Of a DNA stretch of 64,000 nt, positions 28,060-36,446 are shown in pieces (positions within the stretch are counted from its first letter, which is position 1; each line of letters begins with the position of its first letter). A program made the position numbers and the translations under genes. The DNA comes from Candidatus Omnitrophota bacterium (lineage in GTDB: Bacteria > Omnitrophota > Omnitrophia > Omnitrophales > Aquincolibacteriaceae). The stretch is from assembly GCA_035368605.1 (NCBI GenBank), contig DAOSLF010000003.1, positions 889 through 64,888 on the forward strand. Direction: 5' to 3'. Under the pieces are notes generated by a model. The model was not told the origin of the DNA. It saw only the letters and a list, made by a program, of their open reading frames with translations, and searched no databases.

Positions 28060-28863
28060 TTACATCATTCCGAGAACATGGCCCATATGATAGAGACCCG
28101 TCTTCTTTTTCGCAAGGAATTTTGCCGCCAGAAGCGCGCCCCGGGCCAAAGCTTCGCGGGAAGTAGCCTTGTGGACCAGTTCGACACGCTCCCCATCCCC
28201 GAAAAACGACACCGTATGTTCACCGACCACGTCGCCGCCCCGCATGGCGAATACGCCGATCTTCCCTTGCTGCCGGGCGCCGGTGTCCCCTTCGCGGCCA
28301 CAGACCAGATCCTTCGCCGGGTCCCTGCCTCTTGCATCGGCCAGAATTTCGGCCAGTTTAAGAGCGGTGCCGCTCGGCGCGTCCTTTTTCATCCGGTGGT
28401 GGATTTCCATGATCTCGAGGTCGTAGCTTTCGTCGAGGACCTTGCCCGCGAACGCCGCGAGGCGGAACAGGAGGTTCACCCCCACGCTCATGTTGGGCGA
28501 CTGGACGATCGGTATCTTCTTTGAAGCGAGGGCGATTTTTTTCATCATCCCGGGAGGAATCGCGGTGGTCCCGATCACATACTTCTTCTTCGCCGCGACA
28601 CAGGCCGCAAGGTTATCCGGCAGCGCCGAAAAATGACTGAAATCGATCAGGACATCCGACGTCTTCATGACCGCGACCGGACTGGAATCAATCCGGACAT
28701 TAAGGAGATCGCCGCCGATCAAGGAACCGATATCCATGTCCAGTGTCGCGTGGCCGCGCTGTTCGATGCCGCCCGTGATCCTGAACGCCCTGTCCTTCGC
28801 AGCGAGCTTCAGGATGATCTTTCCCATCCTGCCCGCCGCGCCCGCCACCGCCAATCTGATCAT
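28060..28863 (-). CDS. dapB: 4-hydroxy-tetrahydrodipicolinate reductase
   Basis: MIRLAVAGAAGRMGK... and the signature EIHHRMKKDAPSGTA. ATG 28863 is preceded by AAGGAGAAGGG. The listed longer ORF overlaps dapA. Confidence 0.9.
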   Translation of the reverse strand: MIRLAVAGAAGRMGKIILKLAAKDRAFRITGGIEQRGHATLDMDIGSLIGGDLLNVRIDSSPVAVMKTSDVLIDFSHFSALPDNLAACVAAKKKYVIGTTAIPPGMMKKIALASKKIPIVQSPNMSVGVNLLFRLAAFAGKVLDESYDLEIMEIHHRMKKDAPSGTALKLAEILADARGRDPAKDLVCGREGDTGARQQGKIGVFAMRGGDVVGEHTVSFFGDGERVELVHKATSREALARGALLAAKFLAKKKTGLYHMGHVLGMM

Positions 28864-28877
28864 ACCCTTCTCCTTAT

Positions 28878-28901
28878 ACCACTCCAACCTACGAGGTTGG
28901 A
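28878..28901. repeat. 24-nt hairpin repeat copy A (ACCACTCCAACCTACGAGGTTGGA) in the dapA-dapB spacer
   Basis: Identical 24-mer at 35001-35024. Core palindrome CCAACC-TACGA-GGTTGG. Confidence 0.8.
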
Positions 28902-28907
28902 TTTTGG

Positions 28908-29792
28908 TTAAACGATTTTCAACGTTTTGAGAACTGCCCGCAGTTTCTTCACGTTCTCCGGTTTCATCTCGCAGAGCGGAAGCCGCAGCTCCGGCTTGAT
29001 CATCCCCATCATCCCGAGCGCCGTCTTGGCCGGAATGGGATTCGTCTCGATGAAGACCGCTTTGGAAAGAGGATAGTGTTTCTTGTGGAGTTCCCGCGCC
29101 TTCGCCATATTGCCGTCGAGCGCCGCCCACACCATGTCATGAACGAGCTTCGGCGCGACGTTCGCCGACACCGAGATCACACCCACCGCCCCGGCCGCGA
29201 TCAGCGGGAAGGTCAGGCTGTCCTCGCCCGAAATGACGGGAAGGTCGCAGAGCTGCATGATCTGGTCCGCCTGGTCCATGCTCCCGCTCGCTTCCTTGAT
29301 CGCGACAATATTGTCGATCTTCGAAAGCCGCGCCACGGTCTCAGGCGCGATCGACACTCCGGTACGCCCCGGCACGTTATAAAGGACGATCGGGATGTCA
29401 ACCCGGCCCGCGAGGTATTCGTAGTGGCGGTAGAGACCTTCCTGCGTCGGCTTGTTATAGTACGGCGTCACGATCAGCGCCGCGTCCGCGCCGGTTCGCT
29501 TCGCATGCTGGACAAGGCCGAACGCCTCCGCGGTATTGTTCGACCCGCACCCCGCAATCACGGGGACGCGCCCGTTCACGTAATCGACGACGAACGACAT
29601 TGTGTCACGGTGTTCCTCATGCGACATCGTTGCGGACTCCCCCGTCGTGCCGCAGGGAATGATCACGTCCGTCCCGGCCTTCAGGTGGAAATCGATGAGC
29701 CCCGCCATCGCCTTGCGATCGACCTTACCGCTCCTGAACGGCGTGACAAGCGCAACCATGGAACCCGCGAACCTTATTTTCTTTTTAGCCAT
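28908..29792 (-). CDS. dapA: 4-hydroxy-tetrahydrodipicolinate synthase
   Basis: ALVTPF...CGTTGESATMSHEEH...IVAIKEASG (Schiff-base Lys context). Strong SD GGGAGAAGGAAG. Confidence 0.92.
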   Translation of the reverse strand: MAKKKIRFAGSMVALVTPFRSGKVDRKAMAGLIDFHLKAGTDVIIPCGTTGESATMSHEEHRDTMSFVVDYVNGRVPVIAGCGSNNTAEAFGLVQHAKRTGADAALIVTPYYNKPTQEGLYRHYEYLAGRVDIPIVLYNVPGRTGVSIAPETVARLSKIDNIVAIKEASGSMDQADQIMQLCDLPVISGEDSLTFPLIAAGAVGVISVSANVAPKLVHDMVWAALDGNMAKARELHKKHYPLSKAVFIETNPIPAKTALGMMGMIKPELRLPLCEMKPENVKKLRAVLKTLKIV

Positions 29793-29816
29793 GTTCTCTT
29801 CCTTCTCCCTGCCTGA

Positions 29817-30629
29817 TTAAAGAAAATATTCGCCCCGATAGACAACCTGCGCCTTCCCCTGAAGGAAGGCCTTTGTGACGACGGTACCTTTGCGCTCCAG
29901 ATCGATCACAAGCTTCTCGCCGCCCCTCGTGTGGACCGTGACCGGTGTCGCGACATACCCCTTGAGCACGCTCACGACGGAAGAAGCCGTCGATCCCGTC
30001 CCGCACGCGAGCGTCTCGTTCTCGACACCGCGCTCGTACGTCCGGACCATGATCTCGCGCTTGCTCTTCACCTCGACAAAATTCACGTTCGTTCCCGCCG
30101 GCTTGAACTTCGCATGCGTGCGGACTGCCCGTCCGACGGTGGCAACATCGATCTTCCCGAGCCCCTCCACAAAGATCACGATATGCGGGACACCGGTGTC
30201 GACGAACGCGTAGTGGAGCCGGTGGCCGGAGACCTCAAGCATGCCGCTCATCTCAAAAATCCTCGGCTTCACAAGCTGGACCTTCACGTCACCGCTTTGT
30301 CCGACTGCGGCCTCAATGAGTCCGGAGCCCGACTCAAAGATCATCTTTGGGGGCAGTTTGATAACTTCGCGCGCATACAGGGCAATACAACGGAAACCGT
30401 TCCCGCAGGCCGCGGCCTCGGAACCGTCCAGGTTGATGATCCGCATCCTAAAATCCGCCTTCGCGGACTTTTCATAAAGCAGGACGCCGTCCGCGCCCAC
30501 TCCCTGATGAAGCTCGCAGACCCGCTTCGAGAAAGCGGCGGCGTTCTTTACGACCCCCCGTCGGTTGTCCACAACCACGAAATCGTTCCCCGAGGCGACC
30601 ATTTTATAGAAGGGTATTGTTTTTCTCAT
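29817..30629 (-). CDS. dapF: Diaminopimelate epimerase
   Basis: FYKMVASGNDFVVVDN, with catalytic Cys contexts CGNGFRC and ACGTGSTAS. Confidence 0.92.
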   Translation of the reverse strand: MRKTIPFYKMVASGNDFVVVDNRRGVVKNAAAFSKRVCELHQGVGADGVLLYEKSAKADFRMRIINLDGSEAAACGNGFRCIALYAREVIKLPPKMIFESGSGLIEAAVGQSGDVKVQLVKPRIFEMSGMLEVSGHRLHYAFVDTGVPHIVIFVEGLGKIDVATVGRAVRTHAKFKPAGTNVNFVEVKSKREIMVRTYERGVENETLACGTGSTASSVVSVLKGYVATPVTVHTRGGEKLVIDLERKGTVVTKAFLQGKAQVVYRGEYFL

Positions 30630-30788
30630 GATAACGTCTTGATAAACCTGCGGTTAGGCGGGCGTATTCTATCAAATCCCCCCCGGGAATCCAAAAGGAT
30701 TGATTGGAAAGGAGCCGGGGAACCGCACGAAGAGTTTTGCGGCCTCTTTCCGGGCCCCCGGATCAAAACTTCGCGAAGGCGGGACAAA

Positions 30789-31013
30789 TCAGGTCTGATT
30801 GTCGCTTTCGGGATTCGTTTTATCGAGTTTCTTGCACACGTCCCTCTTACAGATGCATCCCGTCAACTCCTTCACAATGACGGCCACACCTAGCACGGTC
30901 AGGGCAATCGGGGCCCAGGAGACATTCCACCAGGCGAACACGATCACAAGCACTCCGGCGAGCGCGGAACAGCAACAACACGGACTCTTGTGACTTTCTT
31001 TCTTTTTTTCCAT
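30789..31013 (-). CDS. Small Cys-rich membrane protein (74 aa)
   Basis: ATG 31013 preceded by GGGAGGGGG. MEKKKESHKSPCCCCSALAGVLVIVFAWWNVSWAPIALTVLGVAVIV... has two TM helices, a CCCC run and CICKRDVC. Confidence 0.55.
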   Translation of the reverse strand: MEKKKESHKSPCCCCSALAGVLVIVFAWWNVSWAPIALTVLGVAVIVKELTGCICKRDVCKKLDKTNPESDNQT

Positions 31014-31201
31014 GACCCCCTCCCTTTCTCGGTTAAGCGGCTCAGGCCGGCATCGTCTCACTCATGTTCATGCCGCCCCCTTTCACTTTTATCCACGGGC
31101 ATTCCTTCTGTTGTTTCATTTCTTTCCACTGCTCGGCCGTTGGGATGGCCTTGCGTTCGGCGTCCTTATGGATCGCAATCCACTTGGCCTGCGCCTTGAG
31201 A

Positions 31202-31246
31202 AATGGGGTCAGTCACCATTTCCCTGAAATGGTGACTGACCCCATT
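31202..31246. repeat. 45-nt perfect palindromic (REP-like) element copy 1, likely terminator of the hss-odc operon
   Basis: AATGGGGTCAGTCACCATTT CCCTG AAATGGTGACTGACCCCATT: 20-bp stem, 5-nt loop, 6 nt after the decarboxylase stop. A second copy lies at 46914-46958. Confidence 0.85.
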
Positions 31247-31252
31247 ATTTAT

Positions 31253-32434
31253 TTATACGAGAATGACCTTGGCAGGTTCGAAGCCGTTGAAATTGGGGAC
31301 AGCGCTCGCGCAGGAGTAGGCGCCGATATTCTTGACGTAAACAACATCCCCGACGAACAACTCGGGGAACTCTTCGTTCGATGTGAGGATATCAAGCGAA
31401 TCGCAGGTCGGGCCCGCGATCACGCTCATGGTCTTCTGCCCGCGTCGCAAGGTCTTGAACTCGTACTTGCAGTGATCGAACATCATCCCTGAAAAATCCT
31501 GGTAGATGCCATCATTGATGTAGTAGAAGTTCTTGTTGTCGCGGAAGGCCTTCCCCACCACCTGCGTCACGAGCACGCCGGAGGGACCCGCGAAAAACCG
31601 CCCCGGCTCGGCGATAAAATGAGTGGATTTCGGAAAGAGCTCCTTCATCTGCTTGCGGATCTGCGCGGCCATCCGCTCAAAGTTGATGCCGATCTCGTTT
31701 TCAAAGTGAGGTATCGGGAACCCGCCTCCGATATCGACGATCGAAAGCGGCATGCCGTTCTCTTTGGCCTCCCTGAAAATCCCGGCCGTGAGCTCGAGCG
31801 CCTGCAAATAATTTTCGACGTTCGTCGACTGCGAACCGACGTGAAAGCTCACGCCTTTCGGCACGAGCCCGAGGCTTTTCGCCTTCCGCAAGAGACAAAA
31901 CCCCTGGTCCGGTTCCGCGCCGAACTTAAGCGACAGCTGGACGACCGAGCCGCGGTTCTCGACGCGGATCCTCAAGATCACGTGCGCTCCGGGGAAACTC
32001 TCCGCGATCTTGTAAAGCTCGGCTTCGTTGTCGAAGGTCATGAGCCGGACGCGGCGCTTGCGGGCGGTGACGATATCCTCTTTCGACTTGATCGTATTCG
32101 CGAAGATGATGTGGCTCGGTTTCGCGCCCTGCTTGAGGACGAGTTTCATCTCGGCCGCGCTCGCGACGTCGAAGCAGGCCCCGAGCTTCGCGAAATATTT
32201 GACGATCCGCGGATGCGGATTGGCCTTGATCGCGTAATAAGGCGTCACTTCCGGCAGGGCCTTTCGAAAGCGGTTGAACTGCTTCTCGAGGACACTCTTG
32301 CGGATCAAGAGAAAGGGCGTCTTATGCTTTTTCAGCATTTGCCGGATCAGATTCTCGATACCCGAGGACTCCGTCGGCCTGACCGCCTTGTTTAAAAACG
32401 AAATGCTCCCACTCTCAAGAAGGGGCTGTTTCAT
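31253..32434 (-). CDS. PLP-dependent Orn/Lys/Arg decarboxylase (group IV, ornithine-decarboxylase-like)
   Basis: YYAIKANPHPRIV (PLP Lys), VDIGGGFPI, GPTCDSLD. Lies 6 nt downstream of hss. Confidence 0.85.
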   Translation of the reverse strand: MKQPLLESGSISFLNKAVRPTESSGIENLIRQMLKKHKTPFLLIRKSVLEKQFNRFRKALPEVTPYYAIKANPHPRIVKYFAKLGACFDVASAAEMKLVLKQGAKPSHIIFANTIKSKEDIVTARKRRVRLMTFDNEAELYKIAESFPGAHVILRIRVENRGSVVQLSLKFGAEPDQGFCLLRKAKSLGLVPKGVSFHVGSQSTNVENYLQALELTAGIFREAKENGMPLSIVDIGGGFPIPHFENEIGINFERMAAQIRKQMKELFPKSTHFIAEPGRFFAGPSGVLVTQVVGKAFRDNKNFYYINDGIYQDFSGMMFDHCKYEFKTLRRGQKTMSVIAGPTCDSLDILTSNEEFPELFVGDVVYVKNIGAYSCASAVPNFNGFEPAKVILV

Positions 32435-32440
32435 TCCGGA

Positions 32441-33943
32441 TCAACCCCTGTCGTCCACGAGGAAGGAGTTGAACTGCCAAAGCTCGTCCTTTTTCGGCGC
32501 CTTGGCCCCGAACCTCAGGTACTTCGTGTTGAGATTCTGAAGCGGCGTCCAGTCCGAGGGGATCGAAACGAACGGGACGATGTAAGGGGTCGCGAACTTC
32601 AGGATGAACTCGTGATCGATATCATCCGGGAGCAGAAAACCCTTGCGCGGATTGTCGATCATCCAGAGCGCCGCGGCGACCACGGAGACCGCCACCTGGA
32701 GAGTCGTCGCCTGCTGGTGCGCGACCAGTTTGCGCGTCGTGTGGATGTCGAGAAGCGAACCGCACCACCAGGACGTGAAATCATGTCCCATCAGGAGCAC
32801 ACCGAGCTCGTCGCGACCGTCAATGATATCGTCCGAAAGGATGCGCTGGTCCTCGTGCAGCTTGTACTGGCGCATCCGGAGCTCCTGCATCGAAAGGACC
32901 GCGGAATCGCAGGGGCAGTACGCGTAATGCACGGTCGGGCGGTACACGGCCTTGCCGTTCTTCCATACCGTGAGACGGTCGGAGATCGAAAACGCCTCGC
33001 CGTGGCGGATCACCATGCCGTTGATCTCCCCACAGGGCACCCACGAACGAACAAACGTGTTCATGCCAAGCGTGCCGAGGCAAATCTGGTTCTTCGGCCC
33101 CGTCCTGTGCTCATAGCCGTCCCTGGGAAGTTTCTTCTCGTGAGTCCCCCAGCCGAGTTCGGCCGGCGCGACACCCTCCTCATAGAACCCTTCGATCGAC
33201 CAGGTGTTCACGAACTCGTTGACGCGTTTCGGAACGTCCGTGACCTGCGTGTCTCGTTCGCTGATATGGATAACCTTGACGCCTGTTGTCTGCGCGAGCT
33301 TCGCGAAGTTCTTCCCGGCAAGAAAGCGCTCGAGGTTCTTCGCGCGCGGATCCCGCGGCTTTTCCTTCAGAATCTTCTTCGCGATATCGATCAGGGCCTT
33401 CTTTGTGAAATGGGACACAAGGCCGGGATTCGCGCCGTGGTCGACGATCGAAGTCGCGCCCTTCTCGTCGCCCCACTTCTCCTTCATGAGCTTGCGAAGC
33501 TTCATGTGGCGATAGTAGAGCGTGTATTGGGTCGGGTCAGTTCGCTTGTCGTCACGGTAAGGGTCCCATTCCTCGATCGAGGTGTTGACATAGAGGATGT
33601 TGTTTGCGCGACACCAGTCGAGGATCTCCCATGCGTCGATATTCCAGGCGAGGTCGATGATCATATCGCCGCACCCGACGTATTTCGCAAGAAGCTTCCT
33701 GTAATTGTCCCTCGTGACGCGATCGAAGACGTAGCGGACGCCTTTCTTCAGCGCGTCTTTTACACGGTGGCGGTTGTCGACGAAGTCCATAATCGTGATG
33801 TTCTTCGCGGGCATGTCGAAGTGACGCAGGATCAGCGGTGTCGCACATTGCGACACACCCCCGCACCCGATAATCAAGACCTTTCCGTTGAACTTCACGC
33901 GGGTCTCGGGGATGCTGGCTTTGACCTTAGGGTATTTGAACAC
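32441..33943 (-). CDS. hss: Homospermidine synthase (bacterial type)
   Basis: GTG start with GGAGGGTGA upstream. IIGCGGVSQCATPLILRHF, VTRDNYRKLL, GANPGLVSHF, ISERDTQ, FVNTWSIEGF, AELGWGTHE, VYRPTVHYAYCPCDSAV, DELGVLLMGH are collinear with bacterial HSS as I recall it (Blastochloris viridis). Confidence 0.85.
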   Translation of the reverse strand: MFKYPKVKASIPETRVKFNGKVLIIGCGGVSQCATPLILRHFDMPAKNITIMDFVDNRHRVKDALKKGVRYVFDRVTRDNYRKLLAKYVGCGDMIIDLAWNIDAWEILDWCRANNILYVNTSIEEWDPYRDDKRTDPTQYTLYYRHMKLRKLMKEKWGDEKGATSIVDHGANPGLVSHFTKKALIDIAKKILKEKPRDPRAKNLERFLAGKNFAKLAQTTGVKVIHISERDTQVTDVPKRVNEFVNTWSIEGFYEEGVAPAELGWGTHEKKLPRDGYEHRTGPKNQICLGTLGMNTFVRSWVPCGEINGMVIRHGEAFSISDRLTVWKNGKAVYRPTVHYAYCPCDSAVLSMQELRMRQYKLHEDQRILSDDIIDGRDELGVLLMGHDFTSWWCGSLLDIHTTRKLVAHQQATTLQVAVSVVAAALWMIDNPRKGFLLPDDIDHEFILKFATPYIVPFVSIPSDWTPLQNLNTKYLRFGAKAPKKDELWQFNSFLVDDRG

Positions 33944-34018
33944 GATCGCTCACCCTCCATTGTTTGAAATTTGACAATAACCGTCACAAAAAACTTTTTC
34001 CCGTGAATCGGAAACCGG

Positions 34019-34047
34019 ATATTACATCATATCGTTTTCTGCATCAA
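34019..34047 (-). promoter_or_regulatory. Putative promoter of the hss-decarboxylase operon
   Basis: Minus strand: TTGATG (34047-34042), 17 nt, TAATAT (34024-34019). Confidence 0.4.
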
Positions 34048-34135
34048 CCACTAAACCCCGAAAAAACATATTTTTTTAAAAATTCCCCGCCGAAGGCCGA
34101 GAGCCAGGCCTTCAGCCCCAAGCCGCCATTGCGCC

Positions 34136-34164
34136 TTGACGGAAGCGGGCTTTACGTGGAGAAT
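34136..34164 (+). promoter_or_regulatory. Putative promoter of the TIGR04073-like gene pair
   Basis: TTGACG (34136-34141), 17 nt, GAGAAT (34159-34164) with TG at -15/-14. SD AAGGAG at 34181. Confidence 0.35.
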
Positions 34165-34191
34165 CTTCCCGCTGTCCAAAAAGGAGCCTTT

Positions 34192-34527
34192 ATGAAAAAA
34201 ATTCTTTGCGCGTTCCTCGCCCTTTCTGTTCTGACATCCGCGACGCCGGTCTTCGCGAATTTCGACAATTTTCAGAAGAGCCCCTGGACCGAAGAGAAGA
34301 CCTATGTCGATAAATCGGTCGGCAAGCTCGCCTTCGGTCTCACGAACATCACAGCCGGCTGGACGGCCCTCTTCTTCGAAACCGCGAAACACGGCAACAT
34401 CTTCGCGGGCATCGCAAAGGGTGTCTGGCGCACCGGGACCAACACCGTGGGCGGCGTTCTCCATGCGGCTACCTTCCCCGTCGCGGTGGATATCCCCCTT
34501 CCTGACGGAGGCGTGAAATTCGAATGA
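34192..34527 (+). CDS. Small secreted protein resembling the exosortase system-associated TIGR04073 family
   Basis: ATG 34192 after AAAGGAG. Signal peptide MKKILCAFLALSVLTSATPVFA. The pattern KLAFGLTNITAGW...G...G...TFPV fits my recollection of TIGR04073 (KLxRGxxNxxxGWxE...TFPxP). Confidence 0.55.
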   Translation: MKKILCAFLALSVLTSATPVFANFDNFQKSPWTEEKTYVDKSVGKLAFGLTNITAGWTALFFETAKHGNIFAGIAKGVWRTGTNTVGGVLHAATFPVAVDIPLPDGGVKFE

Positions 34528-35135
34528 AACGCTTCCTCGCGCTCGCCCTTCTATTGATGATCGCTCTCGCTCCCTCCGCGGTCGCAACGCCATGGGCCGA
34601 AAAGGAAGGTTACGGCGAAAAGACCAAAGGGAAGCTTGCGTTCGGTCTCCGCAACACGTTCCTCGGCTGGACCGAAATGTTCTCGGAGCCGAAGCGCTAC
34701 AAGTTCGACCTCAAGAAGAGCGAATGGGAAGGGTTCTGCATGGGAATCTCGAAGTTCGTCTTTTACACGGCGGACGGTCTGATCCAGCTCGCGACCTTTC
34801 CCATTCCCGTCGACTTCCCCGACTTCGGGGAGGGAGCGGTCCCGGACCTCGGAAAGAAAAAGGAAGGGCCGCCGAAACCGTGGGAGGTTCACGGAAAATC
34901 AAGGTACAGCGTAATTCCCGCCTCGGAAGTCCCGGCCACGATCCGCGTCACCAAAGCGAAGTCACCCGCTCCCGTTCCGCCGCCGATCCAGACTCCCCCG
35001 ACCACTCCAACCTACGAGGTTGGAATGGTTCCCACGACTTCTCTAGCGGAAACCGCGGCCCAGGATACTTCCGGGGTTCCCGAACCGCCGACTCTTGTCG
35101 CGACGCCGGTCCCCGACCTGCCCTACTCGAAATAA
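34524..35135 (+). CDS. TIGR04073-like paralog with Pro-rich C-terminal extension
   Basis: ATGA overlap with the upstream paralog. GKLAFGLRNTFLGWTEMFSEP...LIQLATFPIPVDFP, then a low-complexity tail of about 100 aa (PAPVPPPIQTPPTTPTYEVG...). Confidence 0.6.
   Translation: MKRFLALALLLMIALAPSAVATPWAEKEGYGEKTKGKLAFGLRNTFLGWTEMFSEPKRYKFDLKKSEWEGFCMGISKFVFYTADGLIQLATFPIPVDFPDFGEGAVPDLGKKKEGPPKPWEVHGKSRYSVIPASEVPATIRVTKAKSPAPVPPPIQTPPTTPTYEVGMVPTTSLAETAAQDTSGVPEPPTLVATPVPDLPYSK
35001..35024. repeat. 24-nt hairpin repeat copy B, in-frame inside the Pro-rich tail of the 34524..35135 gene
   Basis: Identical to 28878-28901. Encodes TTPTYEVG. Confidence 0.8.
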
Positions 35136-35412
35136 AAACCGCACCCGGGGTTACCCGTTGCGGCGTTTGACTCACGAATCCTGTTCAGCTTCGGACCTGA
35201 TACTCGCGGGCGGAATTCCCTTCGCATTCCACAAAGGCATGCTTCAAGCATTCTCGATCACAACCTGGCAACAACCCTCCGATCCCCGATCCTCCGCCCG
35301 CGCGTGAACATACCCCGAGAAGACCAGGTCAGGGATCAGCACAGGCAGGAAAAAGCTCTGCGGGGACCGTTTGCACCGCATCACACCGATGCGATGTTCG
35401 CTCTTTTCCCTA

Positions 35413-36237
35413 TTACTCCGCCGCCAGAAATCCGTGGACGATGTTGACGAACACCTCGCGCTCTTCCATATGGATCGAGTGGGCCACGGCGGGGATGCAC
35501 CGGTAAACGCTGCCAGGGATCATCTTCGAAAGCGCCTCCGCTTCTTCCGGAAGGATCAGCACGTCCTCCCCGCCCTCGAGAACAAGCGTCCGGGCCTTGA
35601 TCCCTCCGAGACGCCCGCGTGCGTCGAACGAAGCGACCGCGTCAATCTGCCCCTTGAATCCGGGAAGCTGCTGCCGGTAACGATCGCGGATGCCCCGTTT
35701 CACGAGCGCCGCAACGAAACTTTCCCGGGAAAGAACGCTCGGCGAAAAAAGCCAGCGGGTCCATTCGCGGAGCCACGCCTCGAGATCCCCCCCCTGCGCA
35801 AGGTCCCTGTAAAATTTCAGGAAAAGCTCGTTGTTCCTCCCGGAAGAAACGGCCGCGGTGCTCGACAGGACGAGCCGGTCGACGCGCTCCGGATACCGGA
35901 TCGCAAGCTCCTGGGCAATAAAACCTCCGAGGGAATGACCCAGAACATGCGCCCGCCCGACCTTGAAATGATCGAGCACCCGCAGGACGTCCTCCGCCAT
36001 TTCGATGACGCTGTACGGCTTTCCCGGAATCGAACTGCGCCCCGCGCCCCGGTTGTCGAGCGTCAGGATGCGGTACTGCTTCGGAAGTCTCGCGATCACC
36101 CCGTTCCAGTTCGAGCTGTCGGTCCCAAGCCCCGCGATCAAAAGAAGCGGCGCCCCCTCCCCGCGCGACTCGCAGTAGATCGCGACCTCGCCCGGAAGTT
36201 TCTCCCCCTTATGCGTTCGTCGTTCGTGAGTGGTCAT
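35413..36237 (-). CDS. Alpha/beta-fold hydrolase
   Basis: LLLIAGLGTDSSNW, nucleophile elbow GHSLGG, C-terminal His context AVAHSIHME. ATG 36237 preferred over TTG 36291. Confidence 0.8.
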   Translation of the reverse strand: MTTHERRTHKGEKLPGEVAIYCESRGEGAPLLLIAGLGTDSSNWNGVIARLPKQYRILTLDNRGAGRSSIPGKPYSVIEMAEDVLRVLDHFKVGRAHVLGHSLGGFIAQELAIRYPERVDRLVLSSTAAVSSGRNNELFLKFYRDLAQGGDLEAWLREWTRWLFSPSVLSRESFVAALVKRGIRDRYRQQLPGFKGQIDAVASFDARGRLGGIKARTLVLEGGEDVLILPEEAEALSKMIPGSVYRCIPAVAHSIHMEEREVFVNIVHGFLAAE

Positions 36238-36396
36238 GGGTTTCACAGTCTGTCTTTTAGACTCTAGTCCCGCTAATTCCCGGTCGATCAAGTTCGTTTT
36301 TCAACAAAAACAATCCTGTTTTTGGAAAAATCCCGGATCAATGGCTAACAACCAGTTTCTGCCGGAAAACCACAAAGAATATCTACTATGGTTTCA

Positions 36397-36430
36397 ACAA
36401 AAAAGGCCGTGCCGAAACGCCGGCACGGCC
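36397..36430 (-). terminator. Rho-independent terminator ending the arg-lysA transcription unit
   Basis: Minus strand: GGCCGTGCCG-gcgttt-CGGCACGGCC (perfect 10-bp stem) followed by TTTTTTG, 17 nt after the lysA stop. Confidence 0.85.
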
Positions 36431-36446
36431 CCGATTTTCAAAAACC

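Noticed and set aside
28864-29130. N-terminal extension of dapB in the listed 356-aa ORF
   Set aside because: It overlaps the dapA 3' end. ATG 28863 has a strong SD and gives the canonical MIRLAVAGAAGRMG start.
31062-31200. Possible small minus-strand ORF (...KWIAIHKDAERKAIPTAEQWKEMKQQKECPWIKVKGGGMNMSETMPA)
   Set aside because: The only upstream start is a CTG inside the REP-like hairpin. The internal ATG gives 25 aa with a weak SD. The evidence is insufficient.
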